NCBI GenBank assembly: GCA_964057225.1
Contig: OZ059900.1
Location: 5,890,001 to 5,954,000, forward strand
Length of the DNA stretch: 64,000 nt
DNA from: Auanema rhodensis
Lineage: Eukaryota > Animalia > Nematoda
Direction: 5' to 3'
Shown: positions 1-12,462 of the stretch, one piece after another
Layout of the letters: each line of letters begins with the position of its first letter
Numbering within the stretch: position 1 is the first letter of the stretch
Made by a program: the position numbers and the translations under genes
Notes under the pieces: generated by a model
Told to the model about the DNA's origin: nothing
Databases searched by the model: none
The model's input: only the letters and a program-made list of their open reading frames with translations

Positions 1-378
1 GTTATGATTAAGCAGAGAACTATTATTGTTCGGTAGTATATCAGAGTTGGGACTAGTATTGGTTGAAGAATTTGAGGGTGTTGATTGCGAAGAACAGGCT
101 ACGGTAGTTGGATCGGGTAGCCTAAATTCGGAAAGGATCTTGATGGAAAAGATTGTTTATTTAACAAACCCCATGCGTGGAAAGAATAGTGAAGCATCAG
201 TAGCAGGGTTCTGTATTTGGCATATTGGCAAAGGCAGAAATGATGCAAAATCAAAGATAGTTGGAAATGGCAACATGCCTGACTTTGTAACATCGACAAG
301 CGAAGATACTGTTTTAGAATCAGATAAAAGCTGATCTACACTGAATTGCGATTTTTTCGGAGTCTCCGTAACAGACAT
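1..378 (-). CDS. 5' portion (two exons, truncated by window edge) of a probable transcription factor with an N-terminal eh1/TN-like Groucho-binding motif
   Basis: TTTTCAG acceptor immediately before ATG 378. Exon 1 reads MSVTETPKKSQFSVDQLLSD...PRM; FSVDQLL fits the eh1 consensus FSIxxIL. A short GTTTGT...TTTAG intron restores frame into a Ser/Thr/Pro/Asn-rich exon (GLPDPTTVACSSQSTPSNSS...) open to base 1. No DNA-binding domain is visible in the window. Confidence 0.6.
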
Positions 379-3300
379 CCTGAAAACAAAAAACTGAATA
401 GAATAAGTTAGAGAGGAGTTAGGCCTGAGAAGAGACTAAAAAGAAATTTAAAGAAATGAGCATAGATGTTGCGAGCATAAGCTTAATCATTAAATATTTC
501 TTTTGGAAATGCTAAATGATATTTTTTCTGCTGGTAAAGGAAATTACAATGATAACGCTAGCTCTCGTGTGCTTGCTAGTATAACCTCAAAGAAGGTGGG
601 AGGGGTCGTTAGCCAGCTGATGAGTACAGAGTGTTAACGGCAGCATTTCGTCGTTCAGGAGACAGAGAAAGAGAATGGAAGAGAGTGGGATAGAGTACAG
701 CTATCGCAGAGAGCAGTTTGCGACAGATGTAGCGTTTGAGAGAATGCGACAGATCTGGTTGTGTACAAGATGGCTTCCGAGAGCCTGATCATCAACTTTA
801 ATTAAATAATTAATTGTTTTAATGACGTTCTCATTATAGAGCCTTGCTTGTGAGATGATCTTGAAAACACTATTTAACCCATTTCATTCGTCGAAATTTT
901 GAAATCGGGCCAACTAAAAATAATAAATGAAAAATGAAAAAGATCGAAAATTATTTTTTAAAGTTTTAATTTTCTCTCATTATTTGAAAGTTATTAAAAT
1001 AACGTTAACGAGGAATAACAATAAAAAATGAAAACTATATAGTTAATGAAATAGTTTGTAATATATATAACTATAAATATAGTAAGGAAAATAGCTTGAA
1101 GCATTCAGATGGAAATTAAGTTGACGAATGAAATAGCATTTACGTCAGCACTGATGTAGTTTAACACATTCAGCTAGCAACTTTTAAGGGCTGGTAGCAT
1201 AAGGTAACGAGATTGTGCCATAAAAGGATTTGTTGCTATGAGCATACGGTGCACCGGGCCATATCAAATTAAAGGTCAATTATCGTTTAAGAACGTGCAT
1301 AGAAGCTAATGATGATTATAAATGGATAGAAGAGGTGAATATCATGCTAATGAAGATAACATAAGGCAAGATGGGTACTCTCAATGCTTTTATAGTTGTG
1401 GAATATGTAAACTGATATGTTTGAAAGCTTATGAGGTTCTAATATGAGATGCATCTATTACGATATGTGATAATCCGATATTACGAACAGGAAGCCCTCT
1501 TGACGATGAGCTCACATTTGCATCTGGCTCAGTTTCATAGTTTGTTTGATATAAACCGATAGTAAGGTCTTAATCCGTTAAAAAGTGCTTGACCATCTGA
1601 CACATTAGCAAATGCTGTAAATACGGTATTACGAGGCAGTGAATAGCTCTTTGCGATAATAAAAGAATTTGTGTGAATATATGATGCTTAACCACTTAGC
1701 TAAAACAATGAAGAAGGTGATATTTTTTGAATGAAGATTGGTTATTACACCACGTTGTACAAGCACAGTATGATTCTTGAAAAATGATGCCACAAAAAAA
1801 AAGGAAAAGAGAGAAATGGAGAATTGTCAGGAAATGATGGCCGACATCCCAAAATCTTTTCTTCTAATAATAACATGGCTAGCATATGAGTTTCATTATA
1901 TGTGTAGGAGAAAACAAGAAAAAATATTTGACTTTTAGCATTGAATATGCAAACGTTGAATGATTATAGTTTCCGAATTTGTGCGGAAAAGACTGAACTA
2001 TCGGTACACATATGCTAATCGTACATTGTTAGTTCAGATGGTTAGGAATGTCCAGTAGATAACTGACATGAATAAAACATTCGTGAAATGATTGTCATTC
2101 GGTTAACGATCATAAATCATTGAGTCTTATTCAAATGAAACGAATTGGGGAGGTCTGTGGCGACATCTTGGCGACACTGAGCTAAGTGTCAAAGTAAAGA
2201 ATTTAAATCTTCGTTTCTTTAATCAAACTGAGCAGCGTATAGAGAAAATACGTACGTTCCCACACGCTCACCTCAATTAGTATGTAAATATGGAAAGTTA
2301 TAGAAAGTAGGACTGCCATATTCTGAGAGAATAATGAAAATTCATATTGGAATGAAATACCAAATTAGTACTTAGTCGGATATATGCTGTAATTGTTTTC
2401 TCGTTATATTGTTTATGACGAAAAAGAAAAAGATAACCAATTTAGACATATAATAGAGCTTATTAAACAGATAATTCATAAAAACAATAATACAAAAATT
2501 AAAAGAATTAAGTAAATATATAATTTAACAATATTATATATTACTCATCATAGCGTATAAGTTTGAGTGAGGGGTGATTAAGCAATATTATATAAATAAT
2601 ATTATAATATATTTATATACTATACTATACTCTGTTGGTATATGCTTTCCAAACAGAACATATTATATAAATTCGAAAAGCGAAGGAGATTAGAAATAAA
2701 ATAATAGATGACTCAAGCATACAATCCTATTTTCAAACTATACAGATGTAATATATAATTATTAGTAGAATAATCATTGACGTATCACAAATTGCTTAGA
2801 TAAACAGAAGTAAACATAGAATTTGACATAATGATAGTGACAGTAGTGAGTGCATAGCAAGCCGGCTGAGAGATATAAAATAAAAACGAAAAATAATGTT
2901 GTATCAACACAACTGACAGAATAGTATAAGAAAAAAAAGCAATGTTTTTCTTGCGAGTAATAAATTTGATTTTTTTCAAGTTTTCGTTTTTCTTATTATA
3001 TAATTGACTAGTGATTGTGGCAGAATGCTAACTGCCTCGCAGTGAAAACGAAATACAGCAAATAAATCTCAGCAGGGATCCAAGGACAGGCCAGCTTGAA
3101 CTCTTGAAACAATAAACTGTCATCAAATTCGCCAAAAAAAATTAAGAAAGTGAAATAATGGCCAAAATAAGATCCTTAATAGCAATGAAACAAAACAAAA
3201 GAAATTTCTTTAATAAGTGAAAGGCGGCATAATGGTGGTTGACGGTAAACAGACAAAGCAGTATGATGCCAAAGCCAGATGCACCAAGAGGACGTATCAA

Positions 3301-6197
3301 ACGACCAATATTGTTTATACAATTACCAATAGCTCCGATTGCAAGAAAATGAAATTATGAAAGTTCAGAAATACATAAAACATGTGCGAATTAATAATGA
3401 ATTCTATAATATGCTGATATTAAACTGATTTGAATGCATTATTAAAACACAGAAATGGAAAAAGACTTAGATAATGTTCATCTATGACTGAAGGTACGGT
3501 GACTTTACCTTCAAATGTATTAATCCGAAGCAAGCAGCAATTCTTTAGATGAAATTAGTAATGATTGAAAAAAAGGATTCAAATCGTTTTTACGATAATT
3601 TATAATGACAAAAAAAAAGGAAAACGTAGTTGTTCGATTAAATGTTCATCACCTTATCTTAGTGAGCATATTGTAATACTACACGTAATGTTTCAAGACA
3701 TTTTGGACAAATTCATAGAAGAAAAGCTATAATCTTTGAATAATTCTTTTTTTTTGTTCAAAAAATATTGTCAAATTATGGGTATGAGTTGATACATTGT
3801 AAAACTTATAAGTTAATGAACTAAAGTATAAGGTAGGTTTAAGGAATGGGAAGGTTGATGTTTAAATGAGAAAGCAACTATAAAGAAAATGATAAGAAAA
3901 GGGATAGGAAATTAATAGATATATAGAGAGGAATGGGATATACATGTTGTTCTTCAATGTTGTCTTTTCCCTTTACCTCGGCCACCAACTGTTCACATTA
4001 ATTGGTTGCTATTCATTAGTCATTTGCAATCTTCATCATCACGTTGAAACAACATTGAAACAAATAGCTTATTGAGTGTAAACTTAAGATGCATTGATGA
4101 TTGGAAAATGAAAACGTCGTGAGTCTAGTAGAATGTGAAATGAAAGTGAAGATGAACAAGAAAATGGAGAATGAGAACAAAAAAAGAAATCGGATAATCA
4201 TGAAAATCATGATAGTTCGTCATGCTTAATGAAGTTTTTATGTGAGAAATCATAAGTATCAAAGAAATGATGATGAAGAAAGATGGGATGAAAAAATCGC
4301 TACAAAAACTTATGTAGATTAATTTTTCGAACAGATTTTAGTGGGATGAGATATTTGAAATGCATATTGTCTTTATAAAGATGTGACTGCATTTTTTCAT
4401 TAATAATGAATATGCATAGAATTTTGGATTCAAACCAAAAAAAGTTATATAATATTATGAATATTAGTCTAATACTTTGATCAGATATACGATACATTTT
4501 CTTATTAATAAAATTTCGGCAACAATAGAAAAGAAAAAAAAGAGAAAGAGAGATAAGCAGACAATGCATGTATATGTGCATATGCCTCAAATGTAGTACG
4601 AAAGTAGGCATTAAGCCAAAAAGCAATAAATGCATATAGTGTTTGGGTATCTTTTGATTTTCAACATATGTGCACGTGTTTAGTATAAACGATAAAATAC
4701 CACACGTTTTCACTGTCTTTGTTAGTTGATCTCAAAAGCAGATGTACATATTTCCCAATTAGTGACATCATTAGATCGTGAAAATCAAGTTCAAAAATTA
4801 TGATATAGGTAATATTGATATTGCATAGATATTAATCTGAATAATCTTATTTTCATTGTTCATTAAAGAAGCTAATTAATTTTCATAAGATTCCTCTCTC
4901 TCTCTTTCTCTCTTGACGAAATTCTCTCTGATTTCTAATGTTTAATGTATCTTTATTCTAATGGCAATACAAAATTGTTTGCCAATCAGTTACAGCATAC
5001 ATTGAATAGCCACAACAATTGGCAGTGATAAAAATATAAAAAAGAAAACTTTGTCGGGCCCACATAGTGTGTATACTCATCAGCCGGTAATAAACCTGAC
5101 AGCCAGCCATTTCTCTCATCTCTTTGTTTCGCCGTCTTCGAAGACGGCTGAGTAGATTTACAATCCGACTATGTTAAGAAAACAGGCGTCTGCTTCGTGA
5201 GCACGTTAGGCCAATTTTACACTTGAGTCAGTTAAATTAACCTGATTGACCTAAATGACAGTTATAGCTCTACCTGAGCAATCATAGAAGTCATATATTC
5301 AATATCAGAAAAACGGCAATTAATCATCCGAATATTGATGTTGATCAAAAGGAAATTATAGAATTTTAGTAAAAAAGGGTTTTGAATTGTTCATTGGATA
5401 ACGGCTTAAAAACTTTTGTATATGCATTATTAATAACGCTGATTAACGCTTATGTAATCGTATTTTAATAATAATTCTTGAAGATAAAATCTATTTTAAT
5501 AATCTTTAAAGTTTTATTCTGCTACTTTGCTGTATGAGTGCCAATACCACTTTGATGTTAATTTTATATTTCATTTTTTTTATATTTTCAAATCCTTTTT
5601 TCATAAATGTAAGTTTATATTGATCTTTTTCTGACAGGTTTTGAAAAGGGTATTAACTTTTTTGCCTAATATATGAAAAAAGTTTGAAAATCCTCATCTC
5701 CTCAATCCAAATTCAAAGTTCATTTCCAAACAGTTGTGCCACCAGGTGGCATCAAGTTGATTGTGATTTTAAGCACAAATTCTGTCATCAAATGGTGATA
5801 AATTACATATGTGAGAAAATCCCAAATGTTGTCTTAACGAGTTTCTATGAATTAATTTTTTCTTATAGAAAATGGAAAGAAAATTATATTTTATTAGTGA
5901 TAATATTACAATGAATAAATAGAAAAATAGAAAATAAAAAAGTTTTGAGAGCTGACTACGGGGACACGCACATACACAACATCTAGTTGATTAAGGATTA
6001 ATCTTATTACACATGGAATTTTTCCATTGCACTGCTAAAAGAAAAACAAACAATTAGTATTGTTTGATAAATAAAAAGAAAAACACAAACACAAACACAA
6101 ACACAGCTGACATGCTATGGCATTGTCATAATAATAGTTGCAATGATTAAGTTAATGATGTAAGTATTACATGCAATTGTTTTGGGATTTATTCAAG

Positions 6198-7448
6198 TTA
6201 GTGGGTCTTTCTGAAACGAAGACAACGATCTTTGAGTACAAGTTCAAACGTTTTTTCACTAGAGCCACGAAGATGTATTTTATAGGCCTTATTAAATAGA
6301 TTTGCAGCAGGATCATTTTCCTTCATGCGTGATTTGTCAATTTCCATATTGAATTCGGCAAAGTATGTAAGTTTGAAGAGCAAAGTTTCAATTTGCTGTG
6401 AAGTAAATCCTACAAGGCTGAATTTAGTGCCTTGATCTCTTTCACCTCGAACAATTGACTATAAATGAATAGTTTGATATTAATATGACTGATTCGTATT
6501 TACCTCAAGATAAGCCATGATTTCATCGTCTTCAACTCTGCATCGATAAATGCATAGTTTTCTTGATTGAATATTGCGCAATTCGTTTTCAATATTAGTT
6601 GCATACATTTCCACTATTGGGAACTGAAACAGAATTCCAATATTCAATTATTAGAACCGTATAAGCTTACATTCATAACTTCTGGCAGAGCCATAAAGTT
6701 TTCTGGTGCTTCAACGAGACTCAATCTTTGCGTCTTGGACGACTGAAAAATTGCACTAATTATATTATCAGAGAATCTACCTTACCTTAACAATGTTCAA
6801 GATAAATGGCCAAGTATCTTGGGCGCTTTCATCGATGCGAACAAATAAGTTAACACATGTATACTTTGCCTTGATTATCATGTCATTGAATTCAACCAGT
6901 GACGGAATATCCGCGAATTCGATGTGAAATGTACTGAATTCAACAGCACATGGAAATTTAGGAATATCAAATATTCCGTTGGTAAGGATGCAGGCAAATT
7001 TTCTATAGCCTGGGCGCAATCCGCGACGAACATCCTTTAACAAAAATGATTAGTCATATCTAAGTTGACATATAAGCTCACTCTGACTAAAGTGAGACAA
7101 TCACAGCAGTGCAGTTTGAACTTTTTGGCAATGTGCCCAAAGTTTCTATAAATTTGAGGGCAACTGTATAAAGCATTCATGAAAGTAATAGCATCCAGCT
7201 AAATATTAATAAATTAGATTTGTACTTCTAATATATCCCGATTTACTTTTTCAAGAATGATTCTTTGTATCTCAACTGGCAATCCGACAAACTTAAATGG
7301 CTCGATTGGTGGACCTGGTTCTCTTGGCGGACCTCTTGGACAGAGAGCATGCTAAATTTGAATATAAAACAATTATGCATCATAGGTAGCATCTTACTCT
7401 GCTATAATAAGATCTTTTTGGTTTTTTCTTAGCTACAGCTCTGTCCAT
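6198..7448 (-). CDS. Nematode F-box protein (7 exons) with a possible FBA2/FTH-like C-terminal region
   Basis: Spliced translation MDRAVAKKKPKRSYYSR|HALCPRGPPREPGPPIEPFKFVGLPVEIQRIILEK|LDAITFMNALYSC... contains the F-box pattern FxxLPxEIxxxILxxLD. Six GT-AG introns keep the frame open to TAA at 6198, joining track ORFs 6777..7043 and 6198..6383. Confidence 0.75.
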
Positions 7449-9153
7449 ATCTTGATGTTTGTTTAAACTTGTCGGGAATTACCTGAAAAATTGATTATAA
7501 ATATATATGAATTGTATATTTTACAACTATGTGATCAGACATCTTAGAAATGAAAAAGCTGTGAACAAGAAGAAAAATGTTTAATCTACTTATGGGATTT
7601 CGTAGACTTAGATTTTTGTGTTTGAGCATATTCTTTTTTTATACGAAAATGAAGTTGTTATAGAAAGAGAAATCAATATTGCGGATGATGCAGATGGTTA
7701 GCAAGCATATAATCCAGGAAGAAATAAGAAGATAATGCGAGATTTTAGGAAACGTCAGCAGCCGCACTCAATTGAAAACGCCAGAAGGAACACATGAAAA
7801 AGACAAATGTGAAAGCTTATTTGGAAATTGCATATGAAAATGGTATTTTTTCGATGGGAAATGTATAAATTAAGATGCGCACTTTAAGAAATAGCCATTT
7901 TCTGAGCATATATCTCATCATCCGATTTTAGTGAATATTAAAAATGAAAATGGAAATGGAAATTGGAAATGTGATTTGTTAATTGGAAGCATAATTGAAT
8001 CGAAGAAATATTGGTTGGGGAATAATGAAGCTTATGATATATTTCAGGTTATGAGTTGCTTATTATTTCCAAATCTAGCATGACGATGCTTAGAGAATAA
8101 ATTATATGTATATCAATATGCATGTGTGTATACATATATCTATGACGACTATATGTATATTTAACACACATACGCATATATAGATAGATGTATATATGTA
8201 TATACATATATACATATATAAAGGGATGTGAGAGGAACAAGTATTAGTATAAATATAATTGATATATCATACTGTTAATGATATAATATATAGATGATTT
8301 GATGAAAAAGATTTATAAATGTAAAAGAAATTGGTCAAAAGGTAGTAGTTTGTGCTGTAGAAATGATGAAAGGTTTTATATGAATAGAGCTAATGAACAA
8401 CTTTTGAATTTCAAAATGAATTGATTAAAACTTCTTCTAAAGAAATAGAGATGTGAAAAGTTTGTTTGAAATGTTCATGAATAAGTTTTATATATGAATT
8501 ATGAGTTTTCTGAAATGCAGTAATTTTATTTGAAAATGTGGAGAGAATGAACGACATAAGTTAGTTATGTAAGAAACAATGAGATTATGTTTGCCATTAG
8601 TTTTTGATGACTTGTACAGCAACGACATACTGAGGCGATATTAAGCTGAAAAAATATAAGGCCGCTCAGGATGAATGCACATGCGATGAGTGGCAGTGAG
8701 AGCAGATTTACTATCACATGGCCTTCGAGTTGACCTAGATTTTCCCGCCCGACCACCCAGATGGATATGTGGAACCTCCTATTGGCAACGACGCAGATGA
8801 GAGTGACGAGGAAAACAAAGGGAACGGGCAATTATTGTCAGGATGTGAATAAGGAATATTCCCTGCTTGATCGAATATATTGACGCAACGAATTGAACAA
8901 GAACATTGCCATTCGTTCATTTGTTTGGGAGAAAGTATTTTAGAATACAATGATGTATTCAAACAATATAAAGGTGATTGTCATAAAGCATGAAGAGAAT
9001 GCAAAACTTGCTACCTGATAAGATATAATTTCTAAAAATAATACCATGAAATTGAATAAAATTGATTTGAATATACATATATGTATAGTATATGAAGGAT
9101 ATTTTTTTAAAATAAGCACAAATGAAATGGTTTTTCATAAGATATATTTATCA

Positions 9154-9772
9154 TCAAACATAACAGTCATAGGTACTCTCCCAGAGCCATGGCATCAAAT
9201 CGAATTTTCCAATAGAGTATCGAGCAGGAGCATTTGTATATCTTCGTACACTACCACTTGGAATTTTTATTAACAATTTTCGAGCACACTAAAACTCTAG
9301 ATGAGAAATATAATATAGAAAGTAGTACCTTGGTTTCTTGATCACACCAATGGTAGACTCGTAGCTCAGGATGCAACACTCCCATAATTGCCTTAGTTCC
9401 AGCAATGTTGAAGACACCATTGTCACTTTCCGTCTCATTCATTAAGCCACCACCAACTAAATGAAGATAAATTTTCGTGGAAGCTTAGATGAAGTAGAAT
9501 ACTAACAAAGGTTGTTAGCAAAGATTTGGATGAGAGGCTCCTTTTCCGGGACTTTTCCATTACATAAAAGTATTCCGTGAATCTTCAATAAATAAGAGTA
9601 ATTGAACAATCTTTAATCAAACCGAAAACCTGAACTGATTGGCCTTCAAATATTGCCGATGTATAATGAACCAACAACATCAATCTGAATTTATGAAATT
9701 TTAATTAGATATATAATTGATTTATGAGAATAATGATGACAACAAAGCTCACATAAATGTTGGCAGCAGCAT
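9154..9772 (-). CDS. Transthyretin-like (TTR-52/DUF290 family) secreted protein, 5 exons
   Basis: Spliced product: MLLPTFILMLLVHYTSAIFEGQSVQIHGILLCNGK...GVFNIAGTKAIMGVLHPELRVYHWCDQETKCARKLLIKIPSG...YSIGKFDLMPWLWESTYDCYV*. It has a signal peptide plus the QSVxxxGxLxC, GxFxIxG, PxLxVYHxC...CxR and IP motifs of the nematode ttr family. Confidence 0.88.
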
Positions 9773-12396
9773 TGAGCTCGATGAATATTGAGGTATCTTT
9801 ATGAAATAACCAGAAAGGGTTTTATAATACATTTTTAAAAACATTCGACAAAGATTTTATGATGTGGCATTTGAAAACATTTTGAACATTTAGTGAATCA
9901 GCTACTTGTTCCAAATTTCATGAATGTCTAGACAACATTAACATGCATATGTTTGAGTTGATTGTCTTAACTTTAAAAATATTTTTTATTTCTTTTAACA
10001 AAATTGAATCATATGCTCTTCTTTTCATTTTGTTCACAAAATTAAAAAGGTTTTCAATTTCTACTTTTCAATATGTGATTTGGATATCAATAAGTGAAAA
10101 CATTATTATTGTTGTAACTCTTTATTCAAATTATTTATTTTATTCTAAAATTGATACAAGTTTCGAAACAAATGTTATCAAAGCCAAATTGGAGTCGATG
10201 AGCGGAAAATACTACAACATATCTCAAACCTCATCTATAGCTAATAAACCAATATCTAAAACATAATTGCAAGATTATATTATAATAATTAATGTTTTAC
10301 CGTCAAAAATTGTTCCGATGTATTATACTTTTTCTGAAATTATTTTTATTGGAATATTGATGTTCGCTGAGATAGTGCCCTAATATAGATATTATAATTA
10401 ATTAATTGAATATAGGGCAAACCGCTTTGTTTAATAATTTCTTCAGCTAGAAGCTTTTCAGCAATCATTGCGTCAGATAAATTTTTGTAAATGACCAAAC
10501 AGGCAATAACAAAAAGAAAGAAAAACATTTCAAGTTTTTGACTGAAATGATTTGTTAGCTTTGATTTACAACGAGTGGAGAAGTAAGGAATATTTAAAAA
10601 TATAAACTAAGAATGATCAATCAAGGCGGATATTGAAGAGCAGACATCAAGATGCACTCATTCACCGAGCATTTGGAGTTCGCCGATATTTATATTTCGC
10701 AGATAACTTGGACGAAACTCTGAGTGTTGTGGTTAGTGAAATTTCCAACGTGGATTATTTTCTATTCTTATACATCATGTATTAAAGGTCAATGTTAGTC
10801 TGTTATATATTATGACTAGAGTATGCTTATTAATGAACTTTGTAAGTTTCATTTATTAAAACTTGGGGAAATGCCAAAGCAAGCATAATTACTATTTGTT
10901 CTGATTTTCTTTGTTGAACAGTATATCAAAAAATTAGGAAGAGTGCAATTTAGTATTTCAAGAGTCTAATCCTTAGTAAATTGTTGACGATATGAAAAAG
11001 TGGGTCAAGAAGCTTAGCGAAACTCAGATTATCGGTAGACAGATGAGTCAAATTGACCTATTATGCCAGGGCTATATTAGCTTCGTCATGATTATTGTAA
11101 AACAGAGTGGTGTACTATCGGGAGAAAAATGAAAGACGCCAAATCTTCAAATGACATGAGGCCATCAGCAAAGAAGATTTTCGTATTAGCCCTGCTTAAG
11201 CGCAGCCTATATGTGGGTTGAAAATTGAGTAATAAAGAAGAAATGATAATTAAATGAGATATTTATTTGGTAATTGATGAAAAAAATTCACGGCAAAGCT
11301 CTCATTAACAGCATTATTCAAAAAAATTGTATGACATTTTTTGTGTATTTCAATAAGCATAAATACATATATTCATGATAAAAACGTATTATAACAAGTT
11401 TACTCAAATCTATCACAAGTTTTTCCTTTGTATTAGGGCTTTTCATGTCTGGTAGACGGCTTTGTTCAGTTAATCTTCAAAAGATTCCATTCCTCCATTA
11501 GAAATGATCTCGAAATACGTAAGCTGGATATATTACTTCAATGAAGAAGAGCATGATCAATAGGGAACATTTCAAGTATCATCATCCTCCAAATATTATC
11601 TGAAATGGCTTTTTCTGCAAATTGTATTAAGAACATATTAGCGTAACATAGAGATATACATAGCTTTAAACAAGCACGATTTTTATGAAAAAAATTCATC
11701 TCATAAATGATCGGTGCTTGAATGAAGCTCTGATATCGTTTGAAAATAGTCTTTTTTTTATTAGAAATGAGCATCAAACGAAAAAGAATTAGATATTTAG
11801 CAGCTGCTTAGTGCTAATGCTGTTGACATTAATAATGGAATCTTTTTACGTTATTTCCAGTTGGGGCTATATGTAATGTAGTCATGGTGCAATGCTGAAT
11901 CCATGCATACAGATTGACATAGGAGATTAGGGGGGGGGGGGAACCTGACTGAATGAGATGTTGTAATATAACATGTCAAATTCAAAAATTCAAATATATA
12001 TATATGTATATCGTTATTCATGAATAGTTCATTGAGCATCTGCAACCAGCAATATATATTTTTTTAGCAGGAATGTGCAAGGAACAGCAGGACTTAAACG
12101 TCCCACTGTGAAGAAGGTATAGACAGAAATGACAATAAGATGTCAAGAGTAGAAGGCGGAATTAATTAAGTGTGCAGTCAGGATACATTAGGATTACATA
12201 CAGAAAAAGATTTATTAACTAAATAAAGCACAAGATTGAAAGTGAGTTAATGAGAATAGAAAAGTATATGCCCTTTCTTATAATAAACTACTTTTTGAAC
12301 GAGAAAAAAGTTATTATACGATGAAATGAGATGTCAACTTAAATAATCTTCAATAGTATTAGGTTAGTACGAAGAGATGTGTATCAACGATGAGAA

Positions 12397-12462
12397 TATC
12401 TTCAATCAATTCAGATTTTAATATACTCATATGTTATTAAAAATCTGAATTGAATGAAGATA
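12397..12462. repeat. 66-nt fold-back (pre-miRNA-sized inverted repeat)
   Basis: Left arm TATCTTCAATCAATTCAGATTTT pairs with right arm AAAATCTGAATTGAATGAAGATA (23 bp, 1 mismatch). There is additional AATA/TATT pairing next to a short loop. Confidence 0.6.

Noticed and set aside
5737-5752. CTCF-like motif TGCCACCAGGTGGCA
   Set aside because: Single occurrence, also explained as an E-box, and CTCF is reported absent from C. elegans-related nematodes.
8560-8860. GC-elevated patch with peptide IFPPDHPDGYVEPPIGNDADESDEE and overlapping minus-strand ORFs
   Set aside because: No consistent spliced frame could be built and no transposase or other domain is recognisable.
11930-11941. G12 tract (another at 31866-31877) as a G-quadruplex fragile site
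   Set aside because: Shorter than the 15 G needed for a three-tier intramolecular G4, and homopolymer length is assembly-sensitive.
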